In this document: one piece after another, positions 16,641-26,603 of the stretch
Position numbering within the stretch: position 1 is the first letter of the stretch
How the letters are laid out: each line of letters opens with the position of its first letter
NCBI RefSeq assembly: GCF_035285525.1
Contig: NZ_JAYKGW010000181.1
Span: 6,450 to 38,449, forward strand
Source: Okeania sp.
GTDB taxonomy: Bacteria; Cyanobacteriota; Cyanobacteriia; Cyanobacteriales; Microcoleaceae
Length of the DNA stretch: 32,000 nucleotides
Direction of reading: 5' to 3'
Notes under the pieces: generated by a model
The model's input: only the letters and a program-made list of their open reading frames with translations
Told to the model about the DNA's origin: nothing
Databases searched by the model: none
Made by a program: the position numbers and the translations under genes

Positions 16641-17990
16641 TCAACTAATATTTTCAGTATCTGATTCTTCTAACCTCCTTTGCCATTCAACATTAATTTT
16701 ATCTACCTGTTCAACTTCCTGTTTTATCATATCCTTTTCCGTTGTATAAGCTAAATCTTGACTACTAATAATTGTTTCTTTAGCAAATTCTTTAGCATAA
16801 TTAATTTTCTGCCTTAATAAATTATTAGCATGATTTAAAGCCACAGCTCTTTTTTGCCTTTCTTGATTCCGTTTTTCAACTTTATCATTTCGCCATTGTA
16901 CCCAAAAATAACGAATTAATGGTAACACTAAAAAACTAATACCATAAATAAGTAGTAGAGGATAAATAACTTCAACAAAAGCAATAAATCCACCAATCTG
17001 AGCTGCCACTGTACCATCTTTTAACAAAGAACCCAAAACCAAAGCACCAACAAAATTAACAATACCTAATCCGGTTGCTAACATTATCTGCCCAGAACTT
17101 GCCTCACTAAAACGCCAAGATTTTTCCTTTAAATAAGCAGAAACAGGTTGATTATTCCATTCTTTCGCTGTTGTTTGTAACTCAGAAAAATGATATACAA
17201 TTTGACCATCAGGACTAACTTCCGGGCGACCGTTAAAACGAATCAATACTGGTAAAATATACTCCTCATATTCCAGAGTATATCCTTTTCCTAAATCATC
17301 CAAATAAGGAGCAACTTGTTCAGCAACTACCGCCCCTTGATTATTCTTAATTACAGTAGCGATCGCCTGCCAACGTTCCTCATTTAAAAAGTAATTAGGG
17401 TTGCCATCTCCAAATAAAAAAGAAAATACAGCCTCCAAAAAATTCATTTTATTTTCCTTACCTGAAGTTCGATATTTTTGTCTTTCGCCTTGATATTTAT
17501 AACGTTCATTATAATATCCCCAATTAAACAAATCAAACAAATCAGGAATGAAAATAAACCGAGGGAAAAATGCCATTCCACCACCCGAACTTTTACCCCC
17601 ACCACCTGAGTCATTTCGTTCACTGCTAGAATTAATTGAAATAACAATAATAGCAATAGCAACCATGATAATTATTAAAGAAAGTATCAATAAAATCCCA
17701 AAAGAAATTCTAATTAAATAAAACAATATCCGCCCAACTTTTTCCCACCATTCTCTTAATCTTAATCGCCAAAATTTGTTGCGTAAAACACCTCTAAAAT
17801 TCTTAGGAAATAAATAAGCAATTTCCCCTGATTCTGATACTTGTAAATGACCGCCAGCATCTGTAGCTAAAGCCAATAATCCTGGTTCTACAACTTTAAC
17901 ATCTAATCCAGCTTGAGCCGCTACATCTCCCACAGTAACCCGGTAGTCCAAACTCTCGATCGCTGTCATTATCCTAAGATTTGGAGTCAT
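16641..17990 (-). CDS. Conserved membrane protein of unknown function: N-terminal soluble domain, Gly/Ser-rich linker, several TM segments, C-terminal coiled-coil-like tail
   Basis: 449 aa, ATG start. Clear hydrophobic segments (ILFYLIRISFGILLILSLIIIMVAIAIIVI; GLGIVNFVGALVLGSLL; IYPLLLIYGISFLVLPLI). No catalytic motif recognised. Confidence 0.75.
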   Translation of the reverse strand: MTPNLRIMTAIESLDYRVTVGDVAAQAGLDVKVVEPGLLALATDAGGHLQVSESGEIAYLFPKNFRGVLRNKFWRLRLREWWEKVGRILFYLIRISFGILLILSLIIIMVAIAIIVISINSSSERNDSGGGGKSSGGGMAFFPRFIFIPDLFDLFNWGYYNERYKYQGERQKYRTSGKENKMNFLEAVFSFLFGDGNPNYFLNEERWQAIATVIKNNQGAVVAEQVAPYLDDLGKGYTLEYEEYILPVLIRFNGRPEVSPDGQIVYHFSELQTTAKEWNNQPVSAYLKEKSWRFSEASSGQIMLATGLGIVNFVGALVLGSLLKDGTVAAQIGGFIAFVEVIYPLLLIYGISFLVLPLIRYFWVQWRNDKVEKRNQERQKRAVALNHANNLLRQKINYAKEFAKETIISSQDLAYTTEKDMIKQEVEQVDKINVEWQRRLEESDTENIS

Positions 17991-18399
17991 AAAATTACCT
18001 CAGATATAATTAATCTATTTATTTAAAATTATAGACAAAAAGTCAATAATACCAAGCACGATAAATGTTTGTTACAAATGGTCATTGCAGTTAATAGCTG
18101 TTTCCAATGAATTGGAGCAGATATTTTTAAGTATTGCAGTTATGATATTGATGAGGTACACTATTTATCTTATCCGATCTATTCCATGTTCCTTAAAATC
18201 CCAAATTTCTGTACCTTAAAAATTTGAGAATCCCTAAAACTCTATAAATTTTAATCCTAACAGTAACTATAATCTTATGTATATAAAATCTTATTTACAA
18301 AGACAAATTTTGTGAAAATGTGGTCAAAATTATTCTAATTACATATTATCAATTTGAGAACAGAAAACACAACTATAGAAAAATAATTGAAAAATTAAC

Positions 18400-18458
18400 G
18401 TAAGCATTCAGTTTTTGAACTCATGCCAACAATTACTAAAGCTAGCTGATGAGCTTAT
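18400..18458. repeat. Minimal (59-bp) family A element, essentially the two TIRs only
   Basis: GTAAGCATTCAGTTTTTGAAC...GCTAGCTGATGAGCTTAT. Confidence 0.5.
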
Positions 18459-18650
18459 AGCTTTTAATTCTCTTAGAGACTAATTCTTCCTTCTCAGAAC
18501 TATAAAAGTGAAAGCCAAACATTTAATCTCCTTTTATTTCTTATTCAGCTAATATCCATTTAAAATGTGTATTAGTAAATCATAAATTAGAAGTAATAAG
18601 AGTTGTATTCTTAACTAGACACACAACAAATATGTGGTTTAAATACTTAA

Positions 18651-18730
18651 CTTGTTACTTGCTTGTTACTTCTTACTTCTTACTTCTTACTTCTTACTTC
18701 TTACTTATTACTTATTACTTCTTCCTTCCT
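18651..18730. repeat. Heptamer array (TTACTTC x6, TTACTTA x2, TTCCTTC) ending 8 nt before the recN ATG
   Basis: Read directly. Confidence 0.9.
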
Positions 18731-18737
18731 TGAATAA

Positions 18738-20501
18738 ATGCTTACATCCCTTCGCATTAATAACTTTGCCCTCATAGACCATCTCGATCTAAAATTAGGT
18801 TCAGGTCTAAATGTATTCACAGGTGAAACAGGTGCTGGTAAGTCCATTATCCTAGATGCTCTTAATGCCACTCTAGGAGCTAAAATAGATCGCCGTATCA
18901 TCAGAACCGGAACTAAACGAGCCATCCTAGAAGCAACCTTTGATCTTAACTCAGATTTAGCTGAATGGTTAAGCAATCAAGAAATCGAACCATTAGATGG
19001 TAAATTAGTAGTTTGTAGTCGAGAAATTGTTGTGGCCGAAAATTCCCTACGCACCAGGTCTCGTGTGAATGGCATTCTTGTGAACCGGAAAATAATGGAC
19101 CAAATTCGTGATCGCCTAGTAGAAATTACAGCTCAAGGCCAAACTGTACAACTAGGCAATCCCGATATGCAAAGAGAATGGCTTGATTTATATGGTGGTC
19201 ATCCCCTGCTAAAATGTCGAGAAGCAGTAAATATTGCCTATCAAAAAGCTCAAAAAGCCAAGGCAGCATTAGAAAACCGTCGTCAGTCAGAGAAGGGACG
19301 TTTACAAAGAATAGACTTATTACAATATCAACTACAAGAATTAGATAAAGCTAATCTTACTGAAGCTCAAGAATTAGAACAATTAATACAAGAAAGTCAA
19401 CGTCTTAGTCATGCAGTTGAACTGCAACATCAAAGTTATCAAATATATCAAGCTTTATACCAAAGTGAGGGAGATAATTCAGCAGCAGCCGACCTTTTAG
19501 GAGAAGTAGAAACTATATTAAATGATATGGTAAACTATGATTCTACATTGCAACCTATATCAGAAATGATTAGTGAAGCTCTGGCTCAAGTTGTTGAAGC
19601 TAGCCGACAAATTAGCAGTTATAACGAGCAATTAGAAGCCGATCCTCAAAGATTGGAGGATGTAGAAGAAAGAATTAAAGAACTTAAACAAATTTGTCGT
19701 AAGTATGGTCCTACTTTAGAAGAAGCTATTAATTATTATTATAAAATACAAGTAGAACTTAAAGAATTACTAGAAGGAGGAGAGTCTCTAGAAGCACAAG
19801 AAAAAACATATCAAGAAGCTAAAAAAGAATTACAAAACAAATGTAATGAACTTAGTTTACAACGTCAAAATGCAGCAACTAAACTAGAAACACATTTAGT
19901 AGAAGAACTAAAACCTATGGCTATGGAGAAAGTCAAATTTCAGGTACAAATTACTTCTACTACTCCAACATCTACAGGTGCTGACCACCTGATATTCTGT
20001 TTTAGTTCTAATCCTGGTGAGCCATTACAACCTCTAAATTTAACTGCATCTGGAGGAGAAATGAGTAGGTTTTTATTAGCATTAAAAGCTTGTTTTTCTC
20101 AAACCGAAGTATCAGGTACTCTTGTCTTTGATGAAATAGATGTAGGAGTTTCTGGAAGAGTAGCAGGAGCTATTTCCGAAAAACTACACCAACTTAGTCG
20201 CCAAAATCAAGTTCTATGTGTAACTCACCAACCTATAGTAGCTGCAATGGCAGACCATCATTTTAATGTTAGTAAACAGGTTATCAAAGAAATGACCAAT
20301 ATAGAAGCAAAGAATCAAAAATGTGAGGAGAGAACAATAGTTAGAGTGAAAACCCTAGATAATTATCAACGACGAGAAGAACTTGCACAATTAGCTAGTG
20401 GTAGATCAGCTCAAGAAGCTATAGCTTTTGCAGAATCTCTGTTAACTCAAGCTGCTACTAAAAGAGAGAAAAGTTTGACTTCTAGTTCTGGAGGTGAGTA
20501 G
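18738..20501 (+). CDS. recN: DNA repair protein RecN (SMC-like ATPase)
   Basis: 587 aa. MLTSLRINNFALIDHLDLKLGSGLNVFTGETGAGKSIILDAL (Walker A), long coiled coil, C-terminal ASGGEMSRFLLALK signature and LVFDEIDVGVSG Walker B. Confidence 0.95.
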   Translation: MLTSLRINNFALIDHLDLKLGSGLNVFTGETGAGKSIILDALNATLGAKIDRRIIRTGTKRAILEATFDLNSDLAEWLSNQEIEPLDGKLVVCSREIVVAENSLRTRSRVNGILVNRKIMDQIRDRLVEITAQGQTVQLGNPDMQREWLDLYGGHPLLKCREAVNIAYQKAQKAKAALENRRQSEKGRLQRIDLLQYQLQELDKANLTEAQELEQLIQESQRLSHAVELQHQSYQIYQALYQSEGDNSAAADLLGEVETILNDMVNYDSTLQPISEMISEALAQVVEASRQISSYNEQLEADPQRLEDVEERIKELKQICRKYGPTLEEAINYYYKIQVELKELLEGGESLEAQEKTYQEAKKELQNKCNELSLQRQNAATKLETHLVEELKPMAMEKVKFQVQITSTTPTSTGADHLIFCFSSNPGEPLQPLNLTASGGEMSRFLLALKACFSQTEVSGTLVFDEIDVGVSGRVAGAISEKLHQLSRQNQVLCVTHQPIVAAMADHHFNVSKQVIKEMTNIEAKNQKCEERTIVRVKTLDNYQRREELAQLASGRSAQEAIAFAESLLTQAATKREKSLTSSSGGE

Positions 20502-20540
20502 TAATTTACATCTATGAAAATGGAAGTCTTTTGTTCAATA

Positions 20541-21202
20541 ATTAGGGATTGTTGATTTATCCCTCCCATTTAGAGATAAAGGTTTGCAGAATTTTAGGTG
20601 CTGATTTATCGGGAACCGTAAAAGTACCAGAATTTTAAGCTGATGGAGGGAAAAAGTGAGGATTTTAGGATAATTATGACAGAAAAACTAAGAGGGGATT
20701 ATGAATAACCACTTTTTCTACAACTCCCCGTTTCTCCTAACTCTGTAAGAACGTTGTATAATCCCTAGATACTCCCTACCAAGTACAAAAATGCTTTCCA
20801 TGCCCAAACCATAATTAGGTCTTGCTGATTAAATATTCCTCGCATTTACAGATAAAGGTATTGGTCTTTTTAGGTCGTGATTTCTCGGTAACCGTGAAAT
20901 TACCTGGTTTTTACCTATTCATCCAAGGTTCCCGAAAAACCAACAAGGAAGGAATTCTCGATAGACAAGTAGGAAAAAATAAAGGTAAAATTATCCATCC
21001 TACTTTCTCTGTCTCCCCACACTTCCCACCCTTCCCACACTCTGCTTTTTCAGCAGAAACTAATTATAGAGGAGGTACTCAGAAAAATCAAGGGATAATT
21101 AATAGAAAAAATGGATACAAATCCAAAGTAAAACTATTGCCAGAATGGCAATTTCCTATTTTATCCCCTCACCAAAATACTTTTTTAGCAGACCCCAAGT
21201 TA
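20541..21202. repeat. Three head-to-tail family B units, with ends at ~20815, 21066 and 21202
   Basis: Left TIR is ATTAGGGATTGTTGA. Right modules are ...CTTTCCATGCCCAAACCATAATT, ...CTGCTTTTTCAGCAGAAACTAATTA, ...AAAATACTTTTTTAGCAGACCCCAAGTTA. The first unit contains the conserved 165-nt core (20581-20744). Confidence 0.65.
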
Positions 21203-21653
21203 TGGCAATTAATGTACTGTCATACAATATATAAATGCTATTCTATTTATGTCAAAAATTTTGCCACTTTTTGGCATGGAGGAAATAGGTCATGGTTCAG
21301 GATTTCGGAGCTTATTTTTAGTTTTTTTAATTGTTACGATCTATTTAAGATTTTTATAAAAAAATTCTTACATCTGATAACAAAAACAAATTAATCAGTT
21401 AAGTATCCTTATCTACATTTTTGCCTTAGTTTTAGAGTAAACATTTAGTTAGATCGAAGTTCCCTTAATAAAAGATAAGAATAAATTATGCAGATAACAA
21501 TGAAAAATAAATTATGTTATACTACACTACATATATAAAATTTAAAAAGCTTTGTATGTTTAATAATAATTAACAAAGCTAAGCTAAAGTCAAATAAGAA
21601 CTCTAATTTTACAAACAAACAAAAAAGAGTATCCAAAATATAATTAAAATCTT

Positions 21654-24386
21654 ATGACATCTACATCTCCAAACCACATAGCAAGAGAGTACACAATCCC
21701 AATAGAGGATGTGGAAGTTATAGAGGGCAATAACCATGAAGTATCTCACCCTCACAATAATAATTATGATTATAAAAATCCGGAAATTAATAGCACTAAT
21801 ACTAACGGAGATAACCACAAAAATCAAGAAAGTAGTGCATTAGTTCATCCTGGTTCTGGAGCTAATTTTTCAGAATTTCTAGCTCCCTTAACCAAAAAGG
21901 ATTTTACAAAAGTTGTTAAAGATGTAGAAGAAAAACTGAAGACAGTTAATCAAACCCTGGGGATGCTCAACAATTTGTTAGAGGCTCAAGGATTTGATGC
22001 TATTCTCCATGAAATGTTACGTTCAATTACTATCAAAACAGGAGAATTATTGAATGCTGACCGGACAACAATTTGGTTATTAGATGAGGAAAAAGAAGAG
22101 CTTTGGTCAACAGTTGCTCAAGGAGCAAATGGCAAACCATTAGAATTAAGAATCTCCGCAAATGTAGGAATAGCTGGAGAATCAGCTCAAGGTAAAAAAA
22201 TCATCAATATACCTTACGATTTCTATGACGATCCTCGTTCCGCTTCAGCTAAAAAATTCGATAAACAAAATGGATATCGAACCTACAGTATGATAGTAAT
22301 GCCGTTACTGCAAGAAGAAACTGGGGATTTAATCGCAGTTGTCCAACTTCTAAATAAGTTAAAATCAGATGCAGAACAATATGAACTCCTAGAAGAAAAA
22401 ATAGATATCAGTGGATTTACTGAAGAGGATCAAAGAGTATTTAATGAATTTGCTCCTTCTATTAGTTTGATACTAGAATCTTCCAAGTCATTTTATGCAG
22501 CTACCCAAAGACAAAGAGCAGCAGAAGCTCTAATGAAAGCTGTAGACTCCCTCAGCAAAAGTAGCTTAGACTTAGAAGATACTCTCAAAAAAGTAATGAA
22601 CCAGGCCAAGGAACTGATGAATGCAGACCGCAGTACCTTATGGCTCATAGATAATGAGAAAAATGATCTCTGGACAAAAATTCCTATTGATGGTAAATTA
22701 ACCGAAATTAGAATAGCTAAAGATAAAGGCTTCGCTGGTATGGTTGCCACATCTGGCGAACCACTACTAATTCCTTTTGATGTATATACAGATGCCCGTT
22801 CAGTAACGGCCAAAGAAACAGACGAAAAAACAGGTTATCGTACCTGTAGCCTATTATGTATGCCTGTTTTTAACGCCGATAATGAATTAATTGGTGTGAC
22901 TCAGTTAATAAACAAAAAGAAACAAGGAGAATATCCACCCTATAACCACGCAGACTGGCCAAAAGCACCAGAGCAATGGAGAGCCAGTTTTAATCGTAAT
23001 GATTTAGAGTTTATGAAAGCCTTTAACATCCAAGCTGGTGTAGCTCTCCAAAACGCTAAACTATTTCATACAGTTAAACAAGAACAGCAAAGGCAAAAGG
23101 ATATTCTCCGCAGTCTCAGCAACGGCGTAATTTCTACTGACAAAAAAGGCAAAGTTATTGCTACTAATGAAAGTGCCAGACATTTGCTAGGCATTAGCGA
23201 GACAGAGATAGTAGCAGGCAAAAATGTCAAAGCTCTAGTTTCCCTGAAAGAAGGTGAATTTTCTAAATGGTTAGATTCAGCCCTTTCTCCTAGTGAAAGT
23301 AAAGAGTATCAACAGTATTATCCAGATCAAACTTTGTTGCCTCAAGGTGGTTTACCTCCTCAAAGTATTAATTTGTCCATTAACTCCATGATTGATGCCT
23401 TAGAACCGACTCGGGTGAATGGTGTATTAGTAGTAATGGAGGACATTACTGGAGAAAAACAAGTTAAAAATTTGATGTACCGCTACATGACACCAGAAGT
23501 TGCCGAAAAATTATTAGAAACTGGTGATACTGGTCTAGGTGGTAAACGTAACCAAGTATCTGTACTTTTTAGTGATATTCGCAGTTATACAACTTTAACA
23601 GAAGGCATGGAAGCTGAAGAAGTTGTTAGTATGCTAAACGAATACTTTGAGGAGATGGTAGATGCTGTCTTTAAATACAAAGGTACTCTTGATAAATATA
23701 TAGGAGATGCTTTAATGGCAGTATTTGGGGCTCCAGGTTGGTTAGACGATCATCCTTTATGTGCCATGAAAACTGCTGTGGAAATGCGCCAACGCTTAAA
23801 AGTATTTAATCAAAAGCGGATAGCGAACCAGAAAAAGGCGATTAGTATTGGTATGGGAATTCACTCCGATGAAGTAGTTAGTGGTAATATTGGCTCTAGT
23901 AAACGAATGGAGTTAACTTCTATTGGAGATGGTGTTAACTTAGCCTCGCGCCTTGAAGGTACAAGTAAACAGTATGGTACAGATTTGATCATCAGTTATA
24001 ATACTTACGAACCTTACAAAGAAAAGCTTTGGGTTAGGGAACTGGATTTTATCACTGTGAAGGGGAAAAGTCAACCTGTCAGAATATATGAACTTTTAGG
24101 TTTTAAAGAAGGCGACCTGAAGCAAGACTTGACCGATCAACAACATCAAATTGTCGAATATTATCATCAAGGACGGGAGTATTATTTAAGGCCAGCTAGA
24201 GAGAAAAACTTAAAAGAGACTTCTATAAAAGAAGCTTTTGAATTAGCTGAGGCTGAATTTAAAAAAGTTTTAGAGATCGATCCAAATAATAAAGCAGCTA
24301 AGTTACACGTTGGTCGTTGTCAACTATTTCAGGCCGAACTTCCTCCCCAAGATTGGGATGGAGTCTGGAAGTTAACTGAAAAGTAA
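21654..24386 (+). CDS. cyaB1: CyaB1-type class III adenylate cyclase: low-complexity N-terminus, GAF-A, GAF-B, PAS, cyclase homology domain, TPR-like tail
   Basis: 910 aa. Two GAF-like blocks (NADRTTIWLLDEEK..., NADRSTLWLIDNEK...), a PAS-like ILRSLSNGVISTDKKGKVI, and cyclase motifs VSVLFSDIRSYTTL, KYIGDALMAVFGAP, GDGVNLASRLEG. The architecture matches Anabaena CyaB1. Confidence 0.88.
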   Translation: MTSTSPNHIAREYTIPIEDVEVIEGNNHEVSHPHNNNYDYKNPEINSTNTNGDNHKNQESSALVHPGSGANFSEFLAPLTKKDFTKVVKDVEEKLKTVNQTLGMLNNLLEAQGFDAILHEMLRSITIKTGELLNADRTTIWLLDEEKEELWSTVAQGANGKPLELRISANVGIAGESAQGKKIINIPYDFYDDPRSASAKKFDKQNGYRTYSMIVMPLLQEETGDLIAVVQLLNKLKSDAEQYELLEEKIDISGFTEEDQRVFNEFAPSISLILESSKSFYAATQRQRAAEALMKAVDSLSKSSLDLEDTLKKVMNQAKELMNADRSTLWLIDNEKNDLWTKIPIDGKLTEIRIAKDKGFAGMVATSGEPLLIPFDVYTDARSVTAKETDEKTGYRTCSLLCMPVFNADNELIGVTQLINKKKQGEYPPYNHADWPKAPEQWRASFNRNDLEFMKAFNIQAGVALQNAKLFHTVKQEQQRQKDILRSLSNGVISTDKKGKVIATNESARHLLGISETEIVAGKNVKALVSLKEGEFSKWLDSALSPSESKEYQQYYPDQTLLPQGGLPPQSINLSINSMIDALEPTRVNGVLVVMEDITGEKQVKNLMYRYMTPEVAEKLLETGDTGLGGKRNQVSVLFSDIRSYTTLTEGMEAEEVVSMLNEYFEEMVDAVFKYKGTLDKYIGDALMAVFGAPGWLDDHPLCAMKTAVEMRQRLKVFNQKRIANQKKAISIGMGIHSDEVVSGNIGSSKRMELTSIGDGVNLASRLEGTSKQYGTDLIISYNTYEPYKEKLWVRELDFITVKGKSQPVRIYELLGFKEGDLKQDLTDQQHQIVEYYHQGREYYLRPAREKNLKETSIKEAFELAEAEFKKVLEIDPNNKAAKLHVGRCQLFQAELPPQDWDGVWKLTEK

Positions 24387-24444
24387 AAATTTTTCTCTCA
24401 AAAGAATGTTATATCTCATATATTGAAATAAACTAGCCCTAGTT

Positions 24445-24810
24445 ATGGATAATTTAAATTCCCACTACTCAGATACTGAATGGGTAGAGAAGGTTCATCA
24501 ATTATTGGTTGAAATTGCCAGTGCTTCTGTTTCAGATAGACCCAAGCTACCAGAAAATGTTGCTGAAAGAGCTCTACCACTGGCTAAGAAAGCAAAAAGT
24601 ATCCAAGAAAAAGCTGATAGCCTAATTATTCCTTCAGATTCCCTAGAATGGGTAGAAAAGGTACGTCAATTTTTATTGGATTTATCTCGTGCTGCTTTGG
24701 CAGACATACCCAGATTACCTGTAAGTATAGGCCAAGAATCTTTGAATCTGGCGAATACAGCTCAAGAGATTAAAGACAAAGTTACTGAAAAAAATCGTAG
24801 TTGTCAATAA
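24445..24810 (+). CDS. Hypothetical protein composed of two ~55-aa tandem repeats
   Basis: 121 aa. DTEWVEKVHQLLVEIASASVSDRPKLPENVAERALPLAKKAKSIQEKAD versus DSLEWVEKVRQFLLDLSRAALADIPRLPVSIGQESLNLANTAQEIKDKV. Lies 58 nt after cyaB1 on the same strand. Confidence 0.6.
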   Translation: MDNLNSHYSDTEWVEKVHQLLVEIASASVSDRPKLPENVAERALPLAKKAKSIQEKADSLIIPSDSLEWVEKVRQFLLDLSRAALADIPRLPVSIGQESLNLANTAQEIKDKVTEKNRSCQ

Positions 24811-24912
24811 TTAAAAGTTTAAAGTTGAGATGAACTTAAAAATAGCATCTATAATAAATAGAAAGCTCCTATTACAACTAACAATTTTAAGTTTTTTAGA
24901 AATTTCCTAAAT

Positions 24913-25098
24913 ATGGAATCAGATAGTCAACCTCCTAGTTACTCAGACGATCAACCACCTCAAAGGATTGCCAATATTTTGGGAATGGCGATCGCTGTAT
25001 TGACTCTAACATTGCCTCTATTAGCTATTGTTCGTTATTCTCAGAATAATATTAATGTAAGTCCTCAAACACTTTATGAATTGTCTGAGTATGAATGA
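24913..25098 (+). CDS. Hypothetical single-pass membrane mini-protein
   Basis: 61 aa. One clear TM (IANILGMAIAVLTLTLPLLAIV) between acidic/polar ends. Same strand as the two upstream genes. Confidence 0.45.
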   Translation: MESDSQPPSYSDDQPPQRIANILGMAIAVLTLTLPLLAIVRYSQNNINVSPQTLYELSEYE

Positions 25099-25660
25099 TT
25101 TATGACTAAATTTCTAATAACTTTAGTTTTTATTTCTATCCTACTTCAGTCTCTAAAATTATTTCAAATCAGTGTGTTTTCTTAGAGATTCAATAAATTT
25201 AGTTGATACTCTTTTTCGACATAAGATTAAGAGTTCAACTATTTATTAGTAAACATTACTTTGAGGAAAAATATTATTATCTAAAATACTTATGGCTTGC
25301 TTATGGAAAGTATTTTTGTCAAGGTAGAGAGTAGTTATAAGGTATAGGAAATGGAGATTACAGAGGAAGTGACTATAAAGAATAGTAATAGTTATTTTTA
25401 TGCTATAGCCACCCAAAAATCTCATACTTTTTCGAGGCATAGAAACCCTAAAACCTTAATATTTCAGTGCTTCTATTTGTAATAAATATCCAGTAATTCA
25501 AAATCAGGGGTTCTTTATTGCGATTCTCCTCAACTTTAATTCATTGAAATATATTTCCAATTTACAACTACAAGACCTGAAGTACAAAAATATGAGTTAA
25601 AATGTGGGAATAAAGATTTGCTCCAAACTATGAGTTATTTTCTTAAGCACTTAAAATGAT

Positions 25661-26263
25661 TTATTCAAAATAAGTAGCAAAGAATTGTTTAGACTTAATT
25701 GGATCAGGATTCATCGTTTTGTCCCCTGGTTTCCAGCCCACAGGACAAACTTCATCTGAGTGAACCTGTACATATTGAATAGCTTGTAAAGTACGGATTG
25801 TTTCATCCAAATTACGACCAAAAGCAAAATTATTAATTGTTATATGCTGGATAATACCTTCTCTATCAATAATAAACAGTCCCCGGAGAGCAATACCAGC
25901 CTCTGGGTCTAAGACATTGTAGGCCACACTAATTTCTTTCTTAATATCAGATAATAGTGGATAACTAAGGTCTCCAATACCTCCAGACTTAGGGTCTGTT
26001 TGAATCCAAGCTAGATGTGAAAATTCACTGTCCACTGAAACTCCTAAAACTTCAGCGTTAAGTGACTCAAATTCTTTGTAGCGATTGTTAAAGGCTATAA
26101 TCTCAGTTGGGCAAACGAAAGTAAAATCTAGGGGGTAGAAGAATAAAACTACATACTTACCAAGATAATCAGACAGTTTAATTGTCTCGAATTCCTGATC
26201 CACTACAGCCGTAGCAGTAAAATCTGGAGCCTTCTGACCCACACGCAGGCATTCGTCTGTCAT
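25661..26263 (-). CDS. Typical 2-Cys peroxiredoxin (AhpC/TSA family)
   Basis: 200 aa. Peroxidatic Cys motif [14 protein letters not shown] and resolving Cys [10 protein letters not shown]. Confidence 0.95.
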   Translation of the reverse strand: MTDECLRVGQKAPDFTATAVVDQEFETIKLSDYLGKYVVLFFYPLDFTFVCPTEIIAFNNRYKEFESLNAEVLGVSVDSEFSHLAWIQTDPKSGGIGDLSYPLLSDIKKEISVAYNVLDPEAGIALRGLFIIDREGIIQHITINNFAFGRNLDETIRTLQAIQYVQVHSDEVCPVGWKPGDKTMNPDPIKSKQFFATYFE

Positions 26264-26535
26264 GATTTAATTCTCCTTATAAAAATAAGTTCATAAATTC
26301 TTGATTCTGAGCTATCTTCAATCTAACATTTGTAGATACTTCCAGCTTGAATAACTAATACCTTCATTAACAAGGTGATATTAGTTCAGCCTTTAACCTA
26401 ATCAATAAATATAATTAGTCATCTGTCAGATATTAAAATTCTCAATCTCTTAATCATCATATCATCTAAATTTTCTTTGAAGGTAACTATTCTCAAAGTT
26501 TTGTTACCAACCATCCAATTTAGTAGTCTGATTTG

Positions 26536-26569
26536 AAATCCTCCCCGGCCTAAAGGCAGGGAGATTCCT
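26536..26569 (-). terminator. GC-rich imperfect hairpin 35-70 nt downstream of the tRNA (GGAAUCUCCCUGCC-UUUA-GGCCGGGGAGGAUU)
   Basis: Read directly. Stands out in AT-rich surroundings. The U-tract is weak. Confidence 0.35.
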
Positions 26570-26603
26570 ATTTCTACCTAAAAAGTATGAAAATTAATGT
26601 ATA

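Noticed and set aside
20822-21394. 190-aa plus-strand ORF (TTG start)
   Set aside because: It spans two to three repeat units and pyrimidine heptamers, with a non-ATG start and no recognisable domain. The same DNA is non-coding in its other copies.
21609-21827. 72-aa minus-strand ORF, plus the other antisense ORFs in the track (1502-1741, 8541-8762, 13386-13568, 14916-15104, 17444-17662, 18701-18976, 22493-22813, 25246-25440)
   Set aside because: All lie antisense to, or overlap, well-supported genes or AT-rich spacer, and have low-complexity or hydrophobic junk composition. These are typical shadow ORFs in AT-rich DNA.
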